Below are positions 35,113 through 44,740 of a stretch of 64,000 nt of DNA, piece by piece. Where the stretch lies: NCBI GenBank assembly GCA_017993835.1, contig JAGOLX010000015.1, positions 38,454 through 102,453 on the forward strand, read 5' to 3'. This stretch comes from Phycisphaerae bacterium (GTDB lineage: Bacteria; Planctomycetota; Phycisphaerae; Sedimentisphaerales; Anaerobacaceae). Position numbers and translations under genes: made by a program. Positions within the stretch are counted from its first letter, which is position 1, and the number at the start of each line of letters is the position of its first letter. The notes under the pieces are model-generated. The model did not search any database, had not been told where the DNA came from, and saw only the letters and a list, made by a program, of their open reading frames with translations.

Positions 35113-38079
35113 ATGCAAGCGGGAGTCGAGCGTAAGCCAGGATGGACGTGGTTTGCCATGCTGCTTGTGGGATTGGTGCTCTGGAAGGACGGCAGTGCGA
35201 CCCTGATCGACGGTGCGCACCGGACGCCGGGGACTGCAGCGACGGTTCAAACGCTGAGCGGGACGTGGAAACTGGCGCTCGATCCGGAGAATAAGGGCCG
35301 GACGGATCGCTGGTTTGATGGCGTCCGCCCCGAGGCGCAGGACGCGCCGGTGCCCGGCATCATCCAACAGGTCTTCCCGGCCTATCACGGCGTCGCCTGG
35401 TACTGGCATTCCTTCCGTGTCCTGGCCGCCGGGATGCCAGGCGACCGCACGCTGATCCGATTCGGCGCCGTGGACTACCTGGCGGACGCCTGGCTCAATG
35501 GAACGCACCTCGGCGCGTACGAGGGCGGCGAGACTCCCTTCGAGTTCGACGTCACGGATGCCATCCGGGCGGAGGACGAGAACCTTCTGGCCGTGCGCGT
35601 CCTGAACCCGACCGGCACTCCCATCGACGGCTTTGTCCTGGCCGAGACCCCTCACCGCAACAAGACCATTCCGCCGATGTGCGGCTGCTCCTTCAATAGC
35701 GGCGGCATCATGTATCCGGTCGAGCTACGGCGGGTTCCCCCGGTCCACATCGTCGATGTCTTCGCTCAGCCCGATGTGCAGACCGGCTGGATCGCAGTGA
35801 CCGTGACGGTGCAGAATAGCGGGACCGCGACGGCAGGGGGGCCTCTTGATCTGTCCCTCGCTCCGGCCGTGGGCGGTGATGTGTTGCAGACGGTCCGTCA
35901 GCAGGTGCAATTCCCCGTGGGCCTGTCGCAGCACGAGTCGGCCGTGCGGGTGAGCCAGCCGCGCCTGTGGAGCCTCGACGACCCGTTCCTGTACCGGGTC
36001 ACGGCGTCGGTGACGGCCTCCTCGCAGCAGCCGCACCAATCCTCGGTGCGCTGCGGCTTTCGCGACTTTCGCATCGTGGACGGCTACTTCCACCTCAACG
36101 GCAAGCGGTTTTTCCTGAAGAGCACGCACACCGGCAACGCCATGCCCATCGGCCAACAGGCGGGCGTGACCGCGGACTTCGGACGTCGCGACCTGATCTA
36201 CGCCAAGGCGTCGGGCTTCAACATGGTGCGATTCATCGCTGGCGTGGGCTATCCCGAGCAACTCGACCTCTGCGACGAGCTGGGCCTGATGGTCTACGAA
36301 GAATGCTTCGCAAGCTGGCTGCTGGGCGATTCCCCGAAGATGGCGGAACGATTCGACCGCAGCACGTCGGCCATGATCCGTCGGGATCGCAACCACCCCA
36401 GCCTGACTGTCTGGGGACTGTTGAATGAGACCCAGGACGGGCCGGTCTTTCGCCAGGCGGCGGGTTTCCTGCCCAAGCTGCGCGACCTGGACCCGACGAG
36501 ACTGGTCCTGCTCGGCAGCGGGCGATGGGACGGGCAATGGTCCATTGGCTCCGCCAGCAATCCGAACACGAGCGAATGGCAACCGGTCTGGGGGATCGAG
36601 GGTCCCGGTGCCGCGCCGGCCTCTCTGGGTGGTGGAGGCTATACACCCCACGCCGGCGACGCGCACTGGTATCCCGCCGTGCCGCAGTCGCTCCAGACGG
36701 ATCATTTCATCCGCGAACTCGGCCAGGAGGGCAAACCGGTGTTCCTTTCCGAGTACGGCATCGGCAGCCTGATGGACGTGATCGACGAATGGCGGCACTA
36801 CGAGCAGGTCGGCGCCCGGCCCGATCTCGAAGACGCGACCATGTTCCGCGAGCAGAGCGAGGGCCTGATCGCCGACTGGAAACGCTTGGGATTCGATGCA
36901 GTGTATCCCTTCCCCGAGGACCTGCTCCGCGAGAGCCAGCGCCTGCACGCGAGGCAGCGGACCATCGGCTTCAACTGCATCCGTTCCAACCCCAAGCTCT
37001 GCGGCTACAACCTGACGGGCATGCTCGATCATGGCATGACCGGCGAGGGCCTCTGGACCTTCTGGCGGCGCTGGAAGCCCGCGACGTTCGACGCAGTTTC
37101 CGATGGCTGGTCGCCCCTGCGATGGTGCCTGTTCGTCGAGCCGATCCACGTGTACGCCGGCCGCGACGTGCTGATCGAAGCGGTGCTCGCCAATGAGGAC
37201 GTGCTCAAGCCGGGCGAGTACCCTGCGAAGTTCCGCGTCTTCGGGCCGAACGGCCCGGTCTGGGAGAAAGAGACCCTCGTGAGGATCCCCGATCCGCCCG
37301 TTCTGGCGGTCCCTGCGATCCGCGAGACGATCCAGCTCCATGTGCCGGTGGGGCAGTACACCTTGGCCGCCAACCTGGAACAGGGCGGTTCGCCAACTGG
37401 CGGCCGACTTGCGTTCCACGTCTCCGACGCGGCGGCGCTGCCGCAACTGGCAGACGACGTCGCACTCTGGGGAATCGAGAGCAAGACCGAGCGATGGCTC
37501 GCGGCTCATGGGCTCCGTTGCCGCCCGCTGACTGCGGAGGCCTCGAATCCGCGAGAAGTGGTTCTCGTGGGCAAACCGGCCGACGCCGAGACGAATCCTG
37601 CCTTGTGGGATAGTCTCACGACCCGCCTGGCCCAGGGCGCGGGCGTCGTGTTCCTCAGCGGCCAGGTCTTCCAGGATGGCAGAGCGGGGATGAACTGGCT
37701 GCCGCTGAAGAACAAGGGCCGCTACCGGGCCGTCCACGACTGGCTCTACCACAAGCTCTGTGTCGCCAATCGCAGTCCGGTCTTCGACGGCCTTCCGGGT
37801 CCGGGCATCATGGATTGGGACTACTACGGCCCGATCATTCCGCGGGAGATCTTCGAGGGCCAGGACACGCCGGACGAGACGATCGTCGCAGGGTTCGCCA
37901 CCGGCAACGCGCAATTCGGGAAGGGCTACGGCTCGTGCCTGCTGATCGCCCTGTACAAGTCCGGCGAAGGCCGCCTGATCCTCAGTACGCCGTACATTCT
38001 GGAGAACCTCGACTCGCACCCCGCCGCCGACAGGCTGTTGCTGAACCTCATTCGTCATGCCCAAGGGCAAGACCGCTGA
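35113..38079 (+). CDS. glycoside hydrolase family 2-like enzyme
   Basis: AAGGAG RBS and signal peptide. GH2 sugar-binding block GVAWYWHSF...LIRFGAVDYLADAWLNGTHLGAYEGGETPFEFDVT...NLLAVRV. TIM-barrel block GFNMVRF...LCDELGLMVYEE and RDRNHPSLTVWGLLNE. Confidence 0.85.
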   Translation: MQAGVERKPGWTWFAMLLVGLVLWKDGSATLIDGAHRTPGTAATVQTLSGTWKLALDPENKGRTDRWFDGVRPEAQDAPVPGIIQQVFPAYHGVAWYWHSFRVLAAGMPGDRTLIRFGAVDYLADAWLNGTHLGAYEGGETPFEFDVTDAIRAEDENLLAVRVLNPTGTPIDGFVLAETPHRNKTIPPMCGCSFNSGGIMYPVELRRVPPVHIVDVFAQPDVQTGWIAVTVTVQNSGTATAGGPLDLSLAPAVGGDVLQTVRQQVQFPVGLSQHESAVRVSQPRLWSLDDPFLYRVTASVTASSQQPHQSSVRCGFRDFRIVDGYFHLNGKRFFLKSTHTGNAMPIGQQAGVTADFGRRDLIYAKASGFNMVRFIAGVGYPEQLDLCDELGLMVYEECFASWLLGDSPKMAERFDRSTSAMIRRDRNHPSLTVWGLLNETQDGPVFRQAAGFLPKLRDLDPTRLVLLGSGRWDGQWSIGSASNPNTSEWQPVWGIEGPGAAPASLGGGGYTPHAGDAHWYPAVPQSLQTDHFIRELGQEGKPVFLSEYGIGSLMDVIDEWRHYEQVGARPDLEDATMFREQSEGLIADWKRLGFDAVYPFPEDLLRESQRLHARQRTIGFNCIRSNPKLCGYNLTGMLDHGMTGEGLWTFWRRWKPATFDAVSDGWSPLRWCLFVEPIHVYAGRDVLIEAVLANEDVLKPGEYPAKFRVFGPNGPVWEKETLVRIPDPPVLAVPAIRETIQLHVPVGQYTLAANLEQGGSPTGGRLAFHVSDAAALPQLADDVALWGIESKTERWLAAHGLRCRPLTAEASNPREVVLVGKPADAETNPALWDSLTTRLAQGAGVVFLSGQVFQDGRAGMNWLPLKNKGRYRAVHDWLYHKLCVANRSPVFDGLPGPGIMDWDYYGPIIPREIFEGQDTPDETIVAGFATGNAQFGKGYGSCLLIALYKSGEGRLILSTPYILENLDSHPAADRLLLNLIRHAQGQDR

Positions 38080-38090
38080 AAGGAGAAACC

Positions 38091-40625
38091 ATGTCACGAC
38101 TCACTCGATTGGCTCTGATGTTGTTCCTGTCTCTGTCTGCGACGGGTCGGGCCATGGAGGATTCCGAGATTCCGACGGACCCGGTTCAGGACGATGTGAT
38201 GCCCTCGGAGCAGCAGGCGCAGGAGGTGCTGGATTGGGCCACTGTCGCGTTCGCCGGCCAACGGCCGCCGGGGACCGAACCGGCGGTCCGCGTCGAGGTC
38301 AAACGCCAGGACCACAGCGTGCTGCGGTTCGGCCAATCCTGCATCGAGACCCCGATCCAGATCGGGCAGCAGAAGTTTGCTCGCGGCCTCGGCACGCACG
38401 CCAACAGCGAGATCGTTCTGCATCTGCCCGCTGGCGCCAAGGCGTTCGAGGCATTCGCAGGCATCGACAACAACTTCGACACCGGCGGCACGCGAGGCAC
38501 CGCACACTTCAGCGTCGAGATTGCCGGTCGCAGTGTGGTCCAGACTCCCACGCTCAAAGGGGGCGGTGCGCCGCTCGCGGTTCGCGTCGATCTGCCGCCG
38601 GACACGCGGGAAATCACGCTCAAGGTGGATACGACGCCCGATGGGCCGGGCTGCGACCAGGCCGACTGGGCCGACGCCAAGATCATTATGGACGACGGCA
38701 GTCGCATTTGGGCAGATGAGGACCGTCAATCGTTCGTGACGGCTGCAACGCCGTTCTCGTTCATCTACGGCGGCGTCCCCTCGGCTGAGTTCCTGAAGAG
38801 CTGGCCGTGTTCGGTCGAGACGAAGGAGCAGGGCGGTCGCGTCGTCCATACCGTCCGCTGGACGGACCCCAAGACCGGCCTGAAGGTCACTGCTCTCATC
38901 ACCGCGTTCAAGCGATACGCTGCGGTCGAGTGGCTGCTGCACTTCGAGAACACCGGGACGCAGGACACCCCGATCATCGAGAACATCCAAGCGATTGACA
39001 TCCAACTGCGGACCGGATACTACCGCAAGCCGGTCGTCCTGCACCAGCTCACCGGCGACGTGTGCGGCGAGAAGTCGTTCCTGCCCCTGGAGACGACGCT
39101 CGAAGCCGGCAAGCCAGTCGTGTTTGCCCCGACCGGCGGCCGGCCATCGAACGGCGCGTTCCCATTCTTCGACACCCGGTACGACGACGAGGGACTCATC
39201 ACCGCCATCGGCTGGTCGGGCCAATGGGCCGCGAGCCTGACCCGCTCGGGCACCGGTCCGACTCAGTTGCAGGCGGGGATGGAGAAGACGCATTTCGTGC
39301 TTCACCCCGGCGAGCAGGTCCGCAGTCCTCGCATCCTGGTCATGCCGTGGAAGGGCGACCGCCTCGCGGGTCACAATCGGTTCCGGCGGTTGTTGCTGTT
39401 CGAGTACGTGCCGAGACTCGACGGTCGTCCGTTGCGTCTGCCCGTCGCGGCTCAGTGTTTCGACCGGTACAGTTGGACGAAACCCGACTGGAGCACGGAG
39501 GCCGGCCAGCTTCGCGCGGTCCAGGCGACTCACGATCTGGGCTGCGACACGCACTGGTTCGACGCCGCCTGGTTCGAAGGCGGATTCCCGAATGGCGTCG
39601 GCAACTGGTTCTGCAGGCCAAAGAGCTTCCCCAACGGCCTCAAGCCCGTCGGCGACGCCTGCCATCGTCTCGGCCTGAAGTTCCTGGTCTGGTTCGAGCC
39701 GGAACGTGTCGCAACGGGCACGCAACTCGCCCGCGAGCATCCCGAGTTCGTCTTCGGCGGGAACAAAGGCGGCCTGTTCAAGCTGAACGAGCCCGAGGCC
39801 CGTCGCTGGCTGACGGATCTGCTGTCCGGTCGCATCAGCGAGTACGCCATCGATGTCTATCGCAACGATTTCAACATCGACCCGCTCAGCTACTGGCGTT
39901 CCGCAGATGCCCCCGACCGGCAGGGCATCACGGAGATCCGCTACGTCGAGGGCCACTACGCCATGTGGGACGAGCTGCGGGCCCGCCATGCCGGCCTGTG
40001 GATCGACAATTGCGCCAGCGGCGGTCGACGCATCGATCTGGAGACCCTCATGCGGTCCGTGACCCTGTGGCGCAGCGACACCGGCTGCTCGCCCGGCCAC
40101 GCTGACTGGGACCAGATCCAGACGGTGGGCCTGAACCAATACCTGCCGCTATCGACTTGCTGTGCCTGGGAGCCGAAGGCGTACGTCCTGCGCAGCGTCG
40201 CCACCGGCGGCTCCATCACCCAGTTCGACTACCTCAACGATCAGTTCTCGACGAAAGACGCCCAGGCCGCAATGGCGGAGGTCAAGGCCAACCAGAAGTT
40301 CTGGTACGGCGATTTCTACGCGCTGACCGGCGCCGGAACTGGGCCGGGTGCCTTCGTCGCATGGCAGCTCCACCGTCCCGACCTCGACGCAGGCATCGTG
40401 CTGGCCTTCCGTCGCAGTGAGTGTCCCTTCCCGGTCTTGCAGGCCAACCTGCACGCATTGAAGGCCGACGCCCAGTACAAGGTGGAAATCATCGACGAGT
40501 CTCGTGTCCGCCAGGAGCGAACGATCCCGGGGCGCGAGCTGCTCTCAGATTTCGAACTCCGGCTCCCGAAGAAAGGCGAGAGCCTGCTCCTTCGCTACCG
40601 CCCAGCGATGTCATTGGATCGGTAG
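38091..40625 (+). CDS. NPCBM-domain + GH36-like alpha-galactosidase
   Basis: AGGAG RBS 11 nt after the GH2 stop. NPCBM-like GLGTHANSEIVLHLPAG...FAGIDNN...HFSVEIAG...DQADWADAKI. Catalytic region WFDAAWFEGGFP...LKFLVWFEPERV...YRNDFNIDP...LWIDNCASGGRRIDLE. Confidence 0.8.
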   Translation: MSRLTRLALMLFLSLSATGRAMEDSEIPTDPVQDDVMPSEQQAQEVLDWATVAFAGQRPPGTEPAVRVEVKRQDHSVLRFGQSCIETPIQIGQQKFARGLGTHANSEIVLHLPAGAKAFEAFAGIDNNFDTGGTRGTAHFSVEIAGRSVVQTPTLKGGGAPLAVRVDLPPDTREITLKVDTTPDGPGCDQADWADAKIIMDDGSRIWADEDRQSFVTAATPFSFIYGGVPSAEFLKSWPCSVETKEQGGRVVHTVRWTDPKTGLKVTALITAFKRYAAVEWLLHFENTGTQDTPIIENIQAIDIQLRTGYYRKPVVLHQLTGDVCGEKSFLPLETTLEAGKPVVFAPTGGRPSNGAFPFFDTRYDDEGLITAIGWSGQWAASLTRSGTGPTQLQAGMEKTHFVLHPGEQVRSPRILVMPWKGDRLAGHNRFRRLLLFEYVPRLDGRPLRLPVAAQCFDRYSWTKPDWSTEAGQLRAVQATHDLGCDTHWFDAAWFEGGFPNGVGNWFCRPKSFPNGLKPVGDACHRLGLKFLVWFEPERVATGTQLAREHPEFVFGGNKGGLFKLNEPEARRWLTDLLSGRISEYAIDVYRNDFNIDPLSYWRSADAPDRQGITEIRYVEGHYAMWDELRARHAGLWIDNCASGGRRIDLETLMRSVTLWRSDTGCSPGHADWDQIQTVGLNQYLPLSTCCAWEPKAYVLRSVATGGSITQFDYLNDQFSTKDAQAAMAEVKANQKFWYGDFYALTGAGTGPGAFVAWQLHRPDLDAGIVLAFRRSECPFPVLQANLHALKADAQYKVEIIDESRVRQERTIPGRELLSDFELRLPKKGESLLLRYRPAMSLDR

Positions 40626-40679
40626 ACAGGCCAAATCGGTGGGAATCGCGGTGTCGAGCGTCATCAGAGTGACAACCAT

Positions 40680-40753
40680 TGCGCCCGGCAGGATTCGAAC
40701 CTACGACCCCCGGTTTAGGAAACCGGTGCTCTATCCTACTGAGCTACGGGCGC
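40680..40753 (-). tRNA. tRNA-Arg (anticodon CCT)
   Basis: The reverse complement folds as GCGCCCG-TA-GCTC-AGTAGGATA-GAGC-A-CCGGT-TTCCTAA-ACCGG-GGGTC-GTAGG-TTCGAAT-CCTGC-CGGGCGC-A. 74 nt. CCA is not encoded. Confidence 0.9.
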
Positions 40754-40873
40754 TTGTTTTTCCCAAGTGCCCGCAGTCTAATGACTTGGCGGACGACCTG
40801 TCAACGGGATTCTGGCCGGCTTCGCAGGGCGTCCATACCCGCGAGCCATCGCCTCGATTCGACATGCATCCAG

Positions 40874-40902
40874 GTGACGAGCCGCCGGGGGAGTGGTATA
40901 CT
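40874..40902 (+). promoter_or_regulatory. sigma70-like promoter candidate (extended -10)
   Basis: GTGACG, 17-nt spacer, TGg-TATACT (40897-40902), 84 nt upstream of the ATG at 40986. Confidence 0.4.
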
Positions 40903-40985
40903 GTCCAGCCGTGGTCACGTAGACGCCCCGGGACGGGCGTTTCTGGCCGGATCGCATTGCACGAAAGGGAAGGGAGGTTGGAACG

Positions 40986-41990
40986 ATGCTTCGCACGAGT
41001 CTTTGGATTGTCGCGGTGATTTGCCTGTTCGGTGGTCCGCTTGGGGCGGCACAGGATACCCCCGTTTTTCGAATCGGCATCATCGGACTGGACACCTCGC
41101 ACGTCACCGCGTTCACCGAGCTGCTCCACGACCCCGCGAGGAACTACGGCTGCAAGGTGGTGGCAGGCTATCCCGGCGGGTCGCCGGACATCGAGTCCTC
41201 CATCGGGCGAGTGCCCGAGTACACGAAGACCCTCAAGGAGAAGTTCGGCGTCGAAATCGTCGCCAGCATCGAAGAACTCTGCGCCAAGGTGGACGGCGTC
41301 CTGCTCGAGAGCGTGGACGGCCGCCCGCACCTGGAGCAGGTCAAGCCGGTGATCGCGGCGAAGAAACCCGTCTTCATCGACAAGCCGATGGCGGGCAACT
41401 TGGCGGACGGTCTGGAGATCTTCCGACTGGCGAAGGAGAACAACGTGCCGTGTTGGTCCAGTTCGTCGCTTCGGTTCGGGCCATGCATCGCGGGCATGAA
41501 GAGCCGGGACGACGTCGGCCAGGTGATGGGGTGCGACGCCTTCAGCCCGTGCCATCTGGATTCGCACCATCCGGACATTTACTGGTACGGCATCCACGGC
41601 GTGGAAATCCTCTTCACGATCATGGGGCCGGGCTGCCAGTCGGTCCAGCGAGCCCAGACGGAGAACTACGAGCTGGTCGTGGGCGTCTGGAAGGACGGGC
41701 GGATCGGCACCTTCCGCGGCCTGCGGGCGGGCAGACAGGACTACGGCGCCCTGGTCTACGGCTCGAGGGGGATCGTCCGCAGCGAGAGGGGCTACGAGGG
41801 TTACGGCCACCTGGTCGATGAGATCGTGAAGTTTCTCAAGACGGGCCAGGCCCCGATCTCGCCCGACGAGACCATCGAGATCCTCGCCTTCATGACCGCG
41901 GCGGACAAGTCCAAGGCCCTCAACGGCGCCAAGGTCGAGCTGGCCGCGGTCCTGGAAGAAGCCAAGCAGCAGAACGCGGCGCGCAAATAA
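40986..41990 (+). CDS. Gfo/Idh/MocA-family oxidoreductase with signal peptide
   Basis: GGGAGG RBS. Signal peptide. Rossmann start FRIGIIGLDTSHVTAF. VDGVLLESVDGRPHLEQVKPVIAAKKPVFIDKPMAG. Confidence 0.85.
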   Translation: MLRTSLWIVAVICLFGGPLGAAQDTPVFRIGIIGLDTSHVTAFTELLHDPARNYGCKVVAGYPGGSPDIESSIGRVPEYTKTLKEKFGVEIVASIEELCAKVDGVLLESVDGRPHLEQVKPVIAAKKPVFIDKPMAGNLADGLEIFRLAKENNVPCWSSSSLRFGPCIAGMKSRDDVGQVMGCDAFSPCHLDSHHPDIYWYGIHGVEILFTIMGPGCQSVQRAQTENYELVVGVWKDGRIGTFRGLRAGRQDYGALVYGSRGIVRSERGYEGYGHLVDEIVKFLKTGQAPISPDETIEILAFMTAADKSKALNGAKVELAAVLEEAKQQNAARK

Positions 41991-42075
41991 GATTGCGACT
42001 GCCGCCGTCGTCTTCTGTCTTGTCATGCTGAACGAAGTGAAGCATCCGGCCCACGGATGGAAACTTGTGCGCGCC

Positions 42076-42104
42076 TTGAATCCAGAATCTGGATATGATA
42101 GAAT
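42076..42104 (+). promoter_or_regulatory. sigma70-like promoter candidate for the pseudopilin gene
   Basis: TTGAAT (42076-42081), 17-nt spacer containing the palindrome ccaga-a-tctgg, TAGAAT (42099-42104). It lies inside the long ORF-track reading frame, which argues for a downstream start codon. Confidence 0.5.
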
Positions 42105-42216
42105 CAGCGTGACCTGTGCAGGGAGGGCTCTCGAAGACTACCATCGGCTCGACTCGACGCGACGTGCCGGCAGTTCACATTCGTTGCCGCTCGGATGTCC
42201 GACGCACTCTGTGTGT

Positions 42217-43164
42217 GTGCTCACAAGAGGGTCTGCCTCCAGGGTCCCCACGAGACCGGTCGCCGACCGAGCCAGAAGGAAACGGGCGTTCACCATCGTG
42301 GAACTGTTGACCGTCATGAGCATCATCGTGATCCTCATCGGTCTGCTGGTCCCGGCGCTGAACAAGGCACGACGGATTGCCACGTTAGTCAGGCAGAAGG
42401 CGCAGCTCCACAGCATGGACGCCGCCATCGAGCTGTTCAACAATGAGTACAGCGGATATCCGCCGTCCAACGCACTGGACTCGACCGGCGCTGCGTACTG
42501 CGGCGTCATAAAGCTCTGTGAGGCCCTGATGGGCCAGGACCTGTTGGGGTTCCACTCCAATTCCTCCTTTTTGCGAAGTGGGCTCAGCACTTCCGGATCG
42601 GTGCTGTACCCGCCCAACTTCAATTCGTTGAGCGATGCCGAGCGAGCGGCGACCCTGACGGCCAGAAAGGGTCCGTATCTGCCGGCGGAGAGCGCCAATG
42701 CCTGGCGGATGGAGGACATCTACGGCACGAACATAGGGTCTTTCCTGGGCACGTCGCGCGTCCTGTGTGACGTGTACGAGTGGCAGATGAAATCGGGCGA
42801 AAAGACCGGCATGCCGATCTTGTATTACAGGGCCGACACGGCCAACACCCAGCACAATCCGGGCCTGCCGATGTCGGAGACCAACAGTGGGGGGAACATC
42901 TACAACTACATGGACAACAACGCCCTGGTTTTTCTCGGCAAGCCCTGGTTGGAGCCGGATAGATCGAAGGCAATGACCCGTGGGACCATCCTGAGGTTCT
43001 ATGCGAACACTCGCAGCGACAAGATCACGACGGCCTCGCGCCCTTTCCGCCCGGATCAGTACATCCTGATCTCCTCCGGCTGGGACAACGAGTACCTCAC
43101 CGCTGACGATGTCTGCAACTTCGAATGGAAGTATGACGATGACCTCACGGATGATAGTTGGTGA
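42217..43164 (+). CDS. prepilin-type N-terminal cleavage/methylation domain protein (large GspG-like pseudopilin)
   Basis: RKRAFTIVELLTVMSIIVILIGLLVPAL is a class III signal peptide / N-methylation motif. C-terminal ILISSGWDNEYLTADDVCNFEW resembles the GspG C-terminus. The start is uncertain: in-frame TTG 42184, GTG 42211 or GTG 42217. The ATG at 42025 lies upstream of the predicted promoter. Confidence 0.75.
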   Translation: MLTRGSASRVPTRPVADRARRKRAFTIVELLTVMSIIVILIGLLVPALNKARRIATLVRQKAQLHSMDAAIELFNNEYSGYPPSNALDSTGAAYCGVIKLCEALMGQDLLGFHSNSSFLRSGLSTSGSVLYPPNFNSLSDAERAATLTARKGPYLPAESANAWRMEDIYGTNIGSFLGTSRVLCDVYEWQMKSGEKTGMPILYYRADTANTQHNPGLPMSETNSGGNIYNYMDNNALVFLGKPWLEPDRSKAMTRGTILRFYANTRSDKITTASRPFRPDQYILISSGWDNEYLTADDVCNFEWKYDDDLTDDSW

Positions 43165-43252
43165 CTCCAGGTCCCGCACGGGGATAACGGGACAGTCACG
43201 AATGGCGTGAGGATAAGGTACGCGGGCAAAATGCCCGTGCCACGCGGCCCTT

Positions 43253-44581
43253 TCAAATCTCGTCGCGGATCACCCAGGGTTCCCGGTAGGTCCGCTTGAG
43301 GTATCCGTTAGCCTCTGGGGCGTCGAGGAACGTCTCGGTCTTCGGGTCGAAGCGGAGCTTCTGATTGCCGACTCGGCCGGAGATGTTGGCCATGTGACAC
43401 AGCAGAGCGGAATAGTGGCCCTGCTCCACGTCGGCGTTCGGCTGCTGCCTTGTGCGGATGCACTGGATGAAGTTCTCCTGGTGCCACTTGTCGCCCTGGC
43501 GGCCGTAGCGGGACTCGATCACCTTGTCGTCGGAGTCGAAGATCTGCCAGCCGCCGCCGTGACGACCGACGTACATGAAGCCTTTCGTCCCGAGGACCTC
43601 GATCCGCGTGGCGCAGAACGGCCAGTCGGGGAACAGGTCGCCGTCGCGGATGTTCATCGCGATCTTCTTCATGTAGGGCGTCCAGAGGGCCGCTTCGAAG
43701 ACCAGCGTGAAGTCGCCATATTCGTAGAGGGCGATCTGCGTATCGGGGATCGTCCGGCCGTCGCGGAGGGCCTTGACGCCGCCGGTGTAGGAGATCGTGT
43801 CGGGATAGGGCTTGTCGCCGAACAGCATTCGCGCCAGGTCGAGCTGGTGGATGGCGTCGCCCGGGATCGGGCCGCAACTGTACTCCCACTGGTTGAGCCA
43901 CGATCTCTTCGGATTGTAGGGCAGCCTCGGCGCCGGGCCGCACCAGAGGTCGTAGTCGAATCCGTCGGGGACGGGCTGCTCGGCGCCCTCGCCCATCATG
44001 CCATGCTGCATCATGTTGAAGACGCGGATCATGTGGATATCGCCCAGCTTGCCGGCGGCGATCTGCTCGACCGCCTCGCGGGCATAGGGGGCGCTTCGCG
44101 TCTGCATGCCGACTTGGACGATCCGCTGGTATTTGCGGGCGGCCTCGACCATCTTGCGTCCCTCCCAGACGTTGTGGGCCAGCGGCTTCTCGACGTAGAC
44201 ATCTTTGCCGGCCTGGCAGGCCAGGATGGTGCCCAGCGCGTGCCAGTGGTCGGGCGTCGCGTTGATCATCGCGTCAACGCTCTTGTCGTCGAGAATCCGA
44301 CGGAAGTCCTGCGCCGTCTGCGGGGCCTTGCCCTGAGCCTGCTCGATGGCCTGTCTGGCGGGCCCGAGGCGCCTGCTGTCGGGATCGCAGAGCCAGGCGA
44401 TCTCGACATCGGGTCTCGAAGCGAACATCTGCGCCACTTGCCGACCCCGGCCTCCCACGCCCATCACGCCGAGGACGACCTTGTCGTTTGCTGCGAGGCT
44501 GTCTCGTTGCGGCAGCACGGCGACCATCGCCGCAGTACCCAGCGAGCCTTTCAGAAACGTTCGACGATTCACGGATGCCAT
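43253..44581 (-). CDS. Tat-signal Gfo/Idh/MocA-family oxidoreductase
   Basis: Twin-arginine NRRTFLKGSLGTAAMVAV. VVLGVMGVGGRGRQ Rossmann motif. ATPDHWHALGTILACQAGKDVYVEKPLAHN. Confidence 0.9.
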   Translation of the reverse strand: MASVNRRTFLKGSLGTAAMVAVLPQRDSLAANDKVVLGVMGVGGRGRQVAQMFASRPDVEIAWLCDPDSRRLGPARQAIEQAQGKAPQTAQDFRRILDDKSVDAMINATPDHWHALGTILACQAGKDVYVEKPLAHNVWEGRKMVEAARKYQRIVQVGMQTRSAPYAREAVEQIAAGKLGDIHMIRVFNMMQHGMMGEGAEQPVPDGFDYDLWCGPAPRLPYNPKRSWLNQWEYSCGPIPGDAIHQLDLARMLFGDKPYPDTISYTGGVKALRDGRTIPDTQIALYEYGDFTLVFEAALWTPYMKKIAMNIRDGDLFPDWPFCATRIEVLGTKGFMYVGRHGGGWQIFDSDDKVIESRYGRQGDKWHQENFIQCIRTRQQPNADVEQGHYSALLCHMANISGRVGNQKLRFDPKTETFLDAPEANGYLKRTYREPWVIRDEI

Positions 44582-44640
44582 GCTGTTCCCCTTTTCCGGC
44601 CTCCCGCGAAGGGGGCCTGTGACCTATGCTCGCCGCCGAT

Positions 44641-44712
44641 GTCATTCCTGCCAACGCGGGAATCCAGTATCCTGCCCGGTGATTCCTGGACCCCCGCTTC
44701 CGCGGGGGTGAC
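44641..44712. repeat. REP/MITE-like palindromic element, copy C (variant right arm)
   Basis: gtcattcctgccaacgcgggaatcc ... ggacccccgcttccgcgggggtgac. The right arm is a GC-richer variant of the same hairpin design. Confidence 0.7.
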
Positions 44713-44740
44713 ATGCTGAGTGCCGTTCCATCTGCGGCTC

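Noticed and set aside
40626-40985. tRNA-Arg as the integration site of a genomic island
   Set aside because: There is no integrase, no direct repeat of the tRNA 3' end and no obvious compositional break on either side. The flanking genes are ordinary glycosidase and oxidoreductase genes.
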